From assembly GCA_021372185.1 (NCBI GenBank), contig JAJFUY010000239.1, positions 1 through 33,906 on the forward strand: a stretch of DNA of 33,906 nt, written 5' to 3'. How positions within the stretch are numbered: position 1 is the stretch's first letter; every line of letters begins with the position of its first letter. The translations under genes and the position numbers were made by a program. Below are positions 17,293 to 25,138 of this stretch, in pieces. The notes under the pieces were generated by a model. That model was not told where the DNA came from and searched no databases. It was given only the letters and a program-made list of their open reading frames with translations. The DNA is from Chlamydiales bacterium (GTDB taxonomy: Bacteria; Chlamydiota; Chlamydiia; Chlamydiales; FEN-1388).

Positions 17293-17336
17293 TATAATAT
17301 ATTATTTAATCATAATTGTTTAAATAATATATTATA
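17293..17336. promoter_or_regulatory. Perfect 17-bp inverted repeat (10-bp spacer) in the AT-rich leader or promoter of the BOF gene; operator candidate
   Basis: tataatatattatttaa (17293-17309) is the exact reverse complement of ttaaataatatattata (17320-17336). It lies 10-53 nt upstream of the start at 17283 and contains TATAAT-like hexamers. Confidence 0.3.
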
Positions 17337-17399
17337 CTATTTTATTACAATACTAATGTATATAATGTAATTAATGTATTGTTTGGAGTGTGAACGTCT

Positions 17400-17610
17400 G
17401 CCGAAGGCTTTGGAGTGCGGTAATTTTTTACCGCTCTTAATTTTTGATCACGCACTATATCTTTGATAGCCGCCAATACATACAATAGCCCCACGATATG
17501 AATAAAATGAAACGTGCGTGTACGTTGTGGAAGTTATTGTTAAATCCGTTTGTGGTCGAAAATTAAGAGCGGTAAAAAATTACCGCACTCCAAAGCGAGC
17601 TTACGCTCGC
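17400..17610. mobile_element. MITE-like non-coding element, copy A (~211 bp, ~50-bp terminal inverted repeats)
   Basis: The left terminus gccgaaggctttggagtgcggtaattttttaccgctcttaatttttga is mirrored at the right end (tcgaaaattaagagcggtaaaaaattaccgcactccaaagcgagc...). The interior matches the reverse complement of copy B (24301-24524) with scattered substitutions and one indel block. It has no coding capacity. Confidence 0.65.
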
Positions 17611-17631
17611 AAGCTGCAAATGTCCAAACTC

Positions 17632-17673
17632 TATAAAAAAACAAAAAACCGAATAGATCGAAGATCTATTCGG
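17632..17673 (-). terminator. Rho-independent terminator downstream of tRNA-Leu
   Basis: ccgaatagatc (17649-17659) pairs with gatctattcgg (17663-17673). On the minus strand it is followed by ttttttgttttttt. Confidence 0.8.
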
Positions 17674-17679
17674 TTAGAT

Positions 17680-17762
17680 TGCCGGTGGCCGGACTTGAAC
17701 CGACACCTGGTTGCCCAGAGTAGATTTTGAGTCTACCGCGTCTACCATTCCACCACACCGGC
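17680..17762 (-). tRNA. tRNA-Leu (anticodon CAA), long variable arm
   Basis: The minus strand reads GCCGGTG...GTAGA-CTCAAAA-TCTAC-TCTGGGCAACCAGGT-GTCGG-TTCAAGT-CCGGC-CACCGGC-A. This is a class II cloverleaf. CCA is not encoded. Confidence 0.9.
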
Positions 17763-17812
17763 GAAAGCTGATTGCTGCAAAAGAATACCCTACATTCTTA
17801 TTATTTTGCGAG

Positions 17813-18610
17813 TTATTTGCGCAAGAGGCCGTGTGCAAGTTCTGGGCTAAAGGTTACGCGCTCATTTTTTTGCCTATCAAAGCGCACTTGGATGCTGATA
17901 TAGGGATAGGGGTGGCGATTGTCGTGGTTGCGGCCTTCAGTTCTTTTAAATAATTTTATAAAAATTTCCTTATTAAGCCATGGGGCAGTGGAAACATCAG
18001 TTGGCTTTTCAAAGCGAGAAAACGTTTTGTACTCTTTTGCCGGATCATCTTTATAGTAGTTTAAAATAATTTCAATTATCTTCATCGGCTGTTCTTCTAG
18101 GCCTTGTACATAAAAGTCAACCTCTGCGCCCATTTGGTGCTTAGAGCTTGAGCCCTTGGGCGAGGGGTCCATAAATGCCTGGTGGGTGATACAACGGTGA
18201 CCAGAAGAGACTATAACACTATTACCGGTTACATTTTGCACATGGTTGAGTATATCAAGAAGGATAGGATAGATAAATTCTTTACCATCACGTAAAGGAA
18301 GGCTATGTTTATCAGCCCCTGAGCAGTCGTAGAAGCGATTTATTTCTTTGCCATCTTTTGTAATGATGAGAGGGGGGTTGGCAAAATTACCTTTACAACG
18401 AAAGTACTCTTTTGTAATAGATCGAACACTGCCGCCTTGAGGCTGCCATGGATAGGGGGTTTGCTGCATTTTAGTTTGTGGGGGTATTTCAAGAGCAAAT
18501 TCATCGCTCATACGCACCACATACACTCCTTGAGCTGTACGTAGGTCTGAATCTTGAGAACAGCTTGTAAGAACCAAAAGAAGTAACAATAGATACATTC
18601 GCAAAAACAC
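17813..18610 (-). CDS. Lipoprotein with peptidase M15A-like (zinc D,D-/L,D-peptidase, YcbK/VanY-related) motifs
   Basis: The lipobox is LLVLTSC. SSGHRCITHQ...SSKHQMGAEVDF matches the M15 pattern SG.R....N...S.H..G.A.D (H-x6-D metal ligands). Confidence 0.65.
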   Translation of the reverse strand: MFLRMYLLLLLLVLTSCSQDSDLRTAQGVYVVRMSDEFALEIPPQTKMQQTPYPWQPQGGSVRSITKEYFRCKGNFANPPLIITKDGKEINRFYDCSGADKHSLPLRDGKEFIYPILLDILNHVQNVTGNSVIVSSGHRCITHQAFMDPSPKGSSSKHQMGAEVDFYVQGLEEQPMKIIEIILNYYKDDPAKEYKTFSRFEKPTDVSTAPWLNKEIFIKLFKRTEGRNHDNRHPYPYISIQVRFDRQKNERVTFSPELAHGLLRK

Positions 18611-18637
18611 TCTAAAAAAACTATCTAAGGCAGTATA

Positions 18638-19354
18638 ATGAATCCCTATTTTTTGGGGTTATATATGCGTTGGATTTCTGAATTTCAGCTTTTTTTATTT
18701 GATTTAGATGGCTTGCTGGTAAATACAGAAGAACTTCATTTTGGCGCCTACAAGCGCATGGTAGAAAGACGCGGCTATTTTTTGCCCTGGAGTTTTACAA
18801 AATACTTTAGCATAGCCCAGCAAGATGCAGAAGCTCCCAAACGCCACATCTACCAAGAATTTCCTGAGCTTTTAAAAGAAGAGCCAAACTGGAGCGTCTT
18901 ATACGCAGAAAAGAAAAAAGCCTTTTTAGAGCTACTAGAAACAGAATCAGCCCCTCTCATGCCAGGCGTAGAACAGCTCTTAAGCACGCTCATGCAATAT
19001 GGTGTAAAAAGGGTTGTTGTTACGCACTCTCCAAGACATTTTGTAGATATACTTTGCGAAAAAAATCCCGTCTTACAAACAATCCCCAATTGGATTACAC
19101 GTGAAGACTATGATATGCCAAAACCCGCGCCCGATGGCTACCTAAAGGCCATAGCCGAGTTTGCTAAGCCAAATGACAAAGTTGTGGGCTTTGAAGACTC
19201 ATCCCGGGGCTTACGCTCACTCATGGCAACAAGCGCCACCCCCGTGCTCATAAACTCAATAGACGACGCGCTATGCGCTTCATCGCGTGCGCAAGGTGTG
19301 AAGGTCTTTTCCAACTTCTTCGAAGTTATGCAGCAAGACACGCTCTTAAGTTAA
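18638..19354 (+). CDS. HAD-superfamily hydrolase (beta-phosphoglucomutase/phosphatase-like)
   Basis: HAD motif I is LFLFDLDGLLVNTE, followed by motif II (VVTHS) and a later K...GFEDS motif. An alternative in-frame start is at 18665. Confidence 0.8.
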   Translation: MNPYFLGLYMRWISEFQLFLFDLDGLLVNTEELHFGAYKRMVERRGYFLPWSFTKYFSIAQQDAEAPKRHIYQEFPELLKEEPNWSVLYAEKKKAFLELLETESAPLMPGVEQLLSTLMQYGVKRVVVTHSPRHFVDILCEKNPVLQTIPNWITREDYDMPKPAPDGYLKAIAEFAKPNDKVVGFEDSSRGLRSLMATSATPVLINSIDDALCASSRAQGVKVFSNFFEVMQQDTLLS

Positions 19355-19366
19355 GAAAATTGTTTG

Positions 19367-19567
19367 AGAGTCCTTTAGGACGACTGAACGAAGCCCACCG
19401 TGACTGCAGGGAACGGTGGGAATAGGATACAATAAAAATAGAGCCCGGCTGAGGGCGATTCAATCACGAGATTCAATCGCCCTCAGCCGGGCTCTGATGG
19501 TTTTTTGCTTATTCCCACAGTTCCCTACCGTCACGGTGGGCTTCGTTCAGTCGTCCTAAAGGACTCT
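19367..19567. repeat. 201-bp nested palindromic element between convergent genes (~60-nt outer arms enclosing a bidirectional terminator)
   Basis: 19367-19404 is the exact reverse complement of 19530-19567 (38 nt). Pairing continues with a few mismatches to about 19426 and 19508. Each arm also contains its own small hairpin (cccaccg/cggtggg). Confidence 0.8.
19440..19495. terminator. Bidirectional rho-independent terminator (HAD gene + strand, truA - strand)
   Basis: A 21-bp perfect stem is formed by agagcccggctgagggcgatt (19440-19460) and aatcgccctcagccgggctct (19475-19495). It is followed by gatggtttttt on the + strand and atttttatt on the - strand. Confidence 0.8.
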
Positions 19568-19594
19568 AAAACAAAAGATTTGGTACGAGCGCCC

Positions 19595-20341
19595 TTATTT
19601 GTAGAAAACCTTGTGAAGAAAGAGGCCTTGCGGGGGAGCAGCCATAGGAGCTTTACGCCTATCTTTGGCGGCAAGGATGACGGGAATGTCCGAAAGCTGT
19701 TTTTTACCTGATGCTACGTTTATGAGCATGCCTACGATGTTTCTTACCATTTTGTATAAGAAGCCATTTGCCTGAAAGACTAGCATGAGGCCGTTTTCTC
19801 GCGGTACTACATCCAGCTTTGTCATGGTGCGAATTGAGTTTTTGGCAGCAGCTCCTGTATGGGCCGCATTTGCAAATGAGCGAAAATCGTGTGTGCCCAA
19901 AAAGAGCTTTGCTGCCTGCTCTAAAAGATCACGATCTATTGTGTAGGGCACATGCCATACGTAATTTCTTTCAAAGGGCGAGGCATACGGCCCTAACACA
20001 AGATGATAGCGGTATTCCTTACCTATGGCGCTTTTTTGTGCATGAAAGCTCATTGGCACCTCTTCTACGGCTGATACTCGTATATCCTTGGGCAACATGC
20101 CGTTGAGAGCTTTAAAGAGGTGTTTTGGGTTTTGTTCGTTTGTGCACCTAAAATGAACCACTTGGTCTTCAGCATGAACACCGGCATCTGTTCTACCAGA
20201 GCCTACAATATTTACCTCTTCACGTACCAGCGTACGTACTGCATCTTGGATAAGTTGCTGTATGGAAACGATATGGTCTTGAATTTGCCAGCCACTATAG
20301 TTAGTGCCGTCATACATAACATGTAGTTTATATTTTTTCAT
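19595..20341 (-). CDS. truA: tRNA pseudouridine(38-40) synthase
   Basis: YDGTNYSGWQ and the catalytic GSGRTDAGVHA motif, with full-length TruA similarity. Confidence 0.93.
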   Translation of the reverse strand: MKKYKLHVMYDGTNYSGWQIQDHIVSIQQLIQDAVRTLVREEVNIVGSGRTDAGVHAEDQVVHFRCTNEQNPKHLFKALNGMLPKDIRVSAVEEVPMSFHAQKSAIGKEYRYHLVLGPYASPFERNYVWHVPYTIDRDLLEQAAKLFLGTHDFRSFANAAHTGAAAKNSIRTMTKLDVVPRENGLMLVFQANGFLYKMVRNIVGMLINVASGKKQLSDIPVILAAKDRRKAPMAAPPQGLFLHKVFYK

Positions 20342-21398
20342 GTGTCCGCGAGGTGCTTAAGAGACCGTCTTGCGCCTGTTCTTGAGGAAGAATTTTTTGC
20401 CAGATGGGTGCTTTAACCGGTCCCTGACGAGTAAGTGTAAAAAGCGCCACTTCTGGAGGTGCAAACCAACGAAAGGGAAATGTAGCTCCAAGACCGCGGT
20501 TTACATACAAATGGCGATGATCGATATGAAAGAGGCCACTTTTAAAGGCTTTATTTTTGAGAGGAGTTACTTTTTTCCATATGTAGGGAAGGTTTACTTG
20601 TCCGCCGTGAGTATGACCAGACAGGATAAGGTCTCCAGGATAGTGTGCAAGGGTTTCGTAAGAATCTGGGTTGTGAGAAAGTACTATGCCAGAATAGCGC
20701 ATGTCATAGTTTGCAAAGGCTTCTATTGGTTTACACTGGCCTGCTATATAGTCTCCAAGGCCCGTAATATTTATGAGTGCATTGGCTTTACCAATCTGTA
20801 TGGTTTTGTTGTGTAATACTGTGATGCCTGCATTAGTAAACAGCTCTTTAAGGTCTGTATGTTCTTCTATGCCAGCTCGTACAATAGCCCCTTCTTCTGT
20901 CTTGTCATTTACAGAAAAAAGGCGCTGAAACCCCCTCATAATAGCCGGGACTTGTGATCGAATCTTGCGAAAACGCCCATCTTTTCCAAGAGATACATAT
21001 TCACTATAATCGTGGTTGCCATAGATGGCATAGGTGCCCATGGGGGCAGTAAGTGTCTTCAAAAATGTGCTTAGGCGTGATTTATCAGGCAGAGTGCTGT
21101 ATGAGAGGATGTCGCCTGTGAATAAAATCACGTCGGGTTCTAGTGTTGCAATACGCTTTGTAACGCGCGATAAAAATGAACCGGAGATATCATCAGTAAA
21201 GTGTAAATCACTTATCTGTACAACTTTTAGGCCTTCTAGTTCTCGTGGCAGTTGTCCAATTGGTATAGTAGTGCGAGAGGTAAGAATGAGTTTCGGCTCA
21301 ATGAAACGCGGCCAAATGCCAACGACTGATGCGATGCACCAAAGGTCCCAGAGACGTTCTATGAAGGCATTTGAGTTTTTAAGAGAAGATAGTTGCAA
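20328..21398 (-). CDS. Membrane-anchored calcineurin-like metallophosphoesterase (YkuE/YaeI-like)
   Basis: SDLHF, TGDI, GNHD, SHNP and GHTHGGQ form the metallophosphoesterase motif series. There is an N-terminal hydrophobic helix. It overlaps truA by 14 nt. Confidence 0.85.
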   Translation of the reverse strand: MQLSSLKNSNAFIERLWDLWCIASVVGIWPRFIEPKLILTSRTTIPIGQLPRELEGLKVVQISDLHFTDDISGSFLSRVTKRIATLEPDVILFTGDILSYSTLPDKSRLSTFLKTLTAPMGTYAIYGNHDYSEYVSLGKDGRFRKIRSQVPAIMRGFQRLFSVNDKTEEGAIVRAGIEEHTDLKELFTNAGITVLHNKTIQIGKANALINITGLGDYIAGQCKPIEAFANYDMRYSGIVLSHNPDSYETLAHYPGDLILSGHTHGGQVNLPYIWKKVTPLKNKAFKSGLFHIDHRHLYVNRGLGATFPFRWFAPPEVALFTLTRQGPVKAPIWQKILPQEQAQDGLLSTSRTHEKI

Positions 21399-21475
21399 GG
21401 GCTTGTGGTTTCCTAATAAATCTGCCCCTAGTCAATCAGATTAGGGGCATGATTATACTGTAAGCAATTTTAAGC

Positions 21476-21736
21476 TTAGGTGATATGGGCAGATACTTTC
21501 TTCGTCATCTGGAACATATCGATCTGAGTTTTGCCGCCAAGAACCTTAGATAATTTCTCATCTGGGTTGATCATGCGCTTTGCCTTAGGGTCTTGAAGTT
21601 TGTGCTTCTTGATGTATTCCCAGAGACGCTTTGTAACTTCAGTACGTGGCATTGGACCATTCCCAACAACTTCAGCAAGTGTTGCGGATATTTGTACTGG
21701 TTTCATTAAAGCTGAAGGCTTCTTATCTTTTGCCAT
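21476..21736 (-). CDS. SWIB/MDM2 domain protein (chlamydial stand-alone SWIB)
   Basis: 86 aa. LAEVVGNGPMPRTEVTKRLWEYIKKHKLQDPKAKRMINPDEKLSKVLG is a textbook SWIB domain. Confidence 0.92.
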   Translation of the reverse strand: MAKDKKPSALMKPVQISATLAEVVGNGPMPRTEVTKRLWEYIKKHKLQDPKAKRMINPDEKLSKVLGGKTQIDMFQMTKKVSAHIT

Positions 21737-21943
21737 AGGTTTTTCTCCTCATAGGTTAAATAAAAACTGACGGTTAGTATGTTTTCTCTAACGGCACTTA
21801 ATGTCTAGTGCTTTCGTTAAAATTGACCAAGAAAATGAAAAAAACGTGGATTTAACAATGAAATTTGTTACATTTTCCGGGGTAACACATCGTTTTTACG
21901 CGAGTTGTTACACTTTTACAGTCAAACAATTTAGGATTTTCAC

Positions 21944-24250
21944 ATGAAATGTGTATCAAAAAGAGCATCAATTTGGTCGTTCATGGTATTTTTACATTTT
22001 GGGTCATTAAGTCAGGGACAAATAATGAGTAGTGAAATTTCAGCCAAAGCCCTTACAGCCAATCCTGAGCTAGCAATAGACTCATTACAAAAGCAAATTC
22101 TAGAGCTTACTGGTCTTGAAGTGGAACTTGCCTCATGTTCCAATTTTGATGAAAAACTCAAAATTGTATCCGCAAATAACGGTGTACAGCAGTTTCTCAA
22201 AGAGAATCCGCCTATTGCCAACGCCATATCAGAGCTGCCAAAACCACATCAGTATGCAGTGCTTGCAGTTATTGCTCTACACCAAGGGCCGGTGATATTT
22301 GCTGAATGGAAAAATCTGCCGGATTTAAAAGCCTCGGTTACCGCTTTAGGCGATAAGCTCTTTGCAACAGAGCGCTTTTATGACTATATGGGGGGCGTTG
22401 CAGGCTATCATGTAAAGACTCTCCAGCTTATCTACGACCAGCTGGCCAAAAAACAAGATCCAGAATCTGCAAAACTTCTTTTGCCTCCGATAACAGATAT
22501 TCGGACAGAAACAAGTGCACGAAGCAAAATGGTAAAAGATGGTGTTCACTCCATTAACGAGATGGCTGAACTATACGTTGTAGGTGGTGCAGGAGATAGA
22601 TTAGCGCTTGTTGATGAAACAACAAAAATACCTCTTCCTGTAGCACGCTTACAGTTTGCCGGCTATTCGCTGATTGAAAATTTAGTACGCGACCTTGAAG
22701 CGCGTGAATATCTTGCCTACAAGATTACGGGTAAGCAAAGTGTGACGCCGATTGTTCTTATGACATCACATGAAAAAAATAACGATGCCCAAATTGCCAA
22801 GTTACTTGATGAAAGAGCCTATTTTGGCCGTCCTAAAACAAGCATTTTTCGCCTCTTGCAGCCAATGACCCCTGTTATTGCTATTGATGGTAAATGGGCG
22901 GTGAGTGGGCCCTGTGACCTTGTTTTGAAGCCTGGTGGCCACGGGGTTGTCTGGAAGCTCGCTGATGAATATGGCGCATTTGATTGGCTTAAAAAACATG
23001 ACAGAAAATACATGATCGTTCGCCAAATTAATAACCCGCTGGCAGGTTTAGATATCAATCTCTTAGCCCTTGCCGGTTATGGCTATGCAAATAAAAAGGG
23101 TTTTGGGTTTGAATCGATTCCACGTCTTCCTGGCTATTCTGAGGGCATGAATGTCTTAAGAGAAACAGCAACAGGTAAAGATATGGCCTGTTCTATTAGC
23201 AATATTGAATATACAGAATTTGCAAAAGCTCGTCTTAACGACCCGCAATTTGCAGCTATTGCAGACTCGCCAGATTTTCCGGCCAATACTAATATTTTAT
23301 TTGCCGATATTGACCGTGTGCAAAAGGCAACTAAAGTGCTGCCAGTACCAGGATACTTAGTAAATATGAAGCATCCAGTAGAAACGCTTCGTGATGGACA
23401 AAAGGTCACGCTGCCAGGAGCACGGCTAGAGTCTACCATGCAAAATATAGCTGATGCCATTACCAATACGTACAGCGATCCTGTAAGTACTAAAGAACTC
23501 AGCTCTCTTGATACGTTTGTGCTGCTTAACGATAGAGCCAAAACGATGTCGGTGACTAAAAAAGCTTTTGATGGAAAAGCCATTCAAGAGACGCCTGAGG
23601 GCTGTTTTTATGACTTGATGCAAGAGAATGTGCGTCTGTTAAAAAATCATTGTGGTTTTGTGGTTTCAGAGCTTACACCGCATAGCGACTACATTACAAA
23701 TGGCCCTAGTTGTATTTTTGTGTACCATCCGGCATTAGGGCCTGTCTATTCTCTCATTGCCAAAAAGCTTTCTAAAGGCACTATCGCTCCAGGAAGCGAG
23801 CTCCAATTAGAAATTGCAGAAGCGGCAATCTCGAATGTGGATGTTGATGGTAGCCTCATTGTGACAGCAGATTGTGTAACAGGTCAGCTCAATAAAGAAG
23901 GTTTACGAGAATTTAGTGCTGATGTTGGACGCATTGTGATGAACAACGTAAAAGTAAAAAACAAGGGCATCAATAGAAAAGCTCCAAATTCCTACTATAA
24001 GCTGCGTATAACGCGCGATGAGGTGTGTCGTATACATTTGCTGGGCAATAGCGAATGCATCGCCAAGAACGTCGTTCTAGACGGCAATGTAGATCTAGTG
24101 GTGCAGCCCAACACCCGTGCCATCCTTTCCCAAGATGCAAACGGCAAGCTCATCGTAAAAGTTGAGGACATCAACACCCCCAATCCAGATTCCCTAAAAT
24201 GGAACTACACTCTCGACAAGGACAACTCAATCGGATTATCCTCAAAATAA
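21944..24250 (+). CDS. UDPGP-family nucleotide-sugar pyrophosphorylase-like protein (768 aa, long N- and C-terminal extensions)
   Basis: VVGGAGDRLAL (compare GG.G.RLG), KPGGHGVVW (compare P.GHG) and RQINNPL resemble UDP-sugar/UDP-GlcNAc pyrophosphorylases (PF01704-like). Assignment is by motif only. Confidence 0.6.
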   Translation: MKCVSKRASIWSFMVFLHFGSLSQGQIMSSEISAKALTANPELAIDSLQKQILELTGLEVELASCSNFDEKLKIVSANNGVQQFLKENPPIANAISELPKPHQYAVLAVIALHQGPVIFAEWKNLPDLKASVTALGDKLFATERFYDYMGGVAGYHVKTLQLIYDQLAKKQDPESAKLLLPPITDIRTETSARSKMVKDGVHSINEMAELYVVGGAGDRLALVDETTKIPLPVARLQFAGYSLIENLVRDLEAREYLAYKITGKQSVTPIVLMTSHEKNNDAQIAKLLDERAYFGRPKTSIFRLLQPMTPVIAIDGKWAVSGPCDLVLKPGGHGVVWKLADEYGAFDWLKKHDRKYMIVRQINNPLAGLDINLLALAGYGYANKKGFGFESIPRLPGYSEGMNVLRETATGKDMACSISNIEYTEFAKARLNDPQFAAIADSPDFPANTNILFADIDRVQKATKVLPVPGYLVNMKHPVETLRDGQKVTLPGARLESTMQNIADAITNTYSDPVSTKELSSLDTFVLLNDRAKTMSVTKKAFDGKAIQETPEGCFYDLMQENVRLLKNHCGFVVSELTPHSDYITNGPSCIFVYHPALGPVYSLIAKKLSKGTIAPGSELQLEIAEAAISNVDVDGSLIVTADCVTGQLNKEGLREFSADVGRIVMNNVKVKNKGINRKAPNSYYKLRITRDEVCRIHLLGNSECIAKNVVLDGNVDLVVQPNTRAILSQDANGKLIVKVEDINTPNPDSLKWNYTLDKDNSIGLSSK

Positions 24251-24300
24251 ATCCGACTAACCTTGCGTCATTCGGCGCAAGGTGTATTTGTTTTGTTTTT

Positions 24301-24524
24301 GACCGAAGGTCTCTGGAGTGCGGTAATTTTTTACCGCTCTTAATTTTTGAGCACACACCGATTTAACAATAACTTCCACAACTTACACGAACGTTCAATA
24401 CTTTGGCTAACCCACTTGTGTCATAGTGTGGGGCTATTGTATGTTTTGGAGGCTATCGTAGATAGAGTGTATGGTCAAAAATTAAGAGCGGTAAAAAATT
24501 ACCGCACTCCAAAGAGCTTCGCTC
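24301..24524. mobile_element. MITE-like non-coding element, copy B (~224 bp), inverted relative to copy A
   Basis: The termini are gaccgaaggtctctggagtgcggtaattttttaccgctcttaatttttga and tcaaaaattaagagcggtaaaaaattaccgcactccaaagagcttcgctc. The interior is the reverse complement of the copy A interior (for example cgatttaacaataacttccacaac and gtggggctattgtatgt). Confidence 0.65.
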
Positions 24525-24590
24525 AATGTGAGAGTGTGTGTGCTAAAGATACACGTGTGCCAAGGCACACGTGTAGTGAAAAAAGAGAAC

Positions 24591-24971
24591 TTAGATTCTA
24601 GCGCCGAATGGGCGTGTGATTACAAGTGTGGCTAGTGCTAGAGCTGATACGCCAGCGGCACCAAGTACTACTTGTGATACAGTCTTTTCGCTACGTTTTG
24701 CAAGCACGAGGCATGAAATAGATAGACCAAGAAGACCAACGCCTGCACCTGTTTTGTTGTTAACTGCAGTCCAAGCTTTTGCAAGAAATGCCGGAGGTGT
24801 AACGCTTTTTACTTTTTGTACGATTGCAGAGAGGTGCGGTGTAACAAAACTTACTACGCGATTGCCTAGTGACAATACTTTACTTCCTGCGCTTGTAGCA
24901 GTTGTTACTGTAGCCGCTGCAAACTTACGGCACGCTTCTAGTGCTTGTTGACTAACTGATGTAATTGACAT
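24591..24971 (-). CDS. Small membrane protein with a C-terminal bilobed hydrophobic domain (Inc-like candidate)
   Basis: 126 aa. GAGVGLLGLSISCLVLAKRSEKTVSQVVLGAAGVSALALATLVI gives two predicted helices separated by about 10 polar residues. The N-terminal part is Ala/Ser/Thr/Val-rich. Confidence 0.6.
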   Translation of the reverse strand: MSITSVSQQALEACRKFAAATVTTATSAGSKVLSLGNRVVSFVTPHLSAIVQKVKSVTPPAFLAKAWTAVNNKTGAGVGLLGLSISCLVLAKRSEKTVSQVVLGAAGVSALALATLVITRPFGARI

Positions 24972-25138
24972 AATTGTACCTCAAGGTGAAATCTAATGTT
25001 TTTAGTAAATACGGCATTATTTTTCTAACAGTCAGCGAAATTTAAAAAACAAAGTTCGCTAACGTGTTAGACATTATGCCAAAGGTCATGAGATTTCGTA
25101 TATGCCATAGGCTAAAAAAAAATCAAGACCTTGTTTTT

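Noticed and set aside
17518-17730. 70-aa ORF sharing the peptide LRAVKNYRTPK with ORF 24347-24601
   Set aside because: The shared peptide is encoded by the MITE terminal inverted repeat. Both ORFs run across repeat DNA, one of them into the tRNA-Leu terminator, so they are translation artefacts.
17711-17953. 80-aa plus-strand ORF
   Set aside because: It overlaps the tRNA-Leu gene and is antisense to the 3' end of the M15 lipoprotein gene.
17400-24524. CRISPR array formed by the repeated ~45-nt sequences
   Set aside because: There are four occurrences, arranged as two inverted pairs that form the termini of two ~210-225 bp elements. There is no regular direct-repeat/spacer periodicity and no cas genes.
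24551-24574. Palindrome acacgtgtgcc-aa-ggcacacgtgt as a terminator or operator
   Set aside because: A perfect 11-bp dyad lies downstream of the Inc-like gene. Its 2-nt centre is too tight for a simple hairpin loop and no U-tract follows on either strand, so its function cannot be supported. It is noted only as a dyad.
24347-24601. 84-aa ORF inside MITE copy B
   Set aside because: Same reason as above. Its similarity to ORF 17518-17730 is limited to the TIR-encoded stretch, and it has no RBS or start context.
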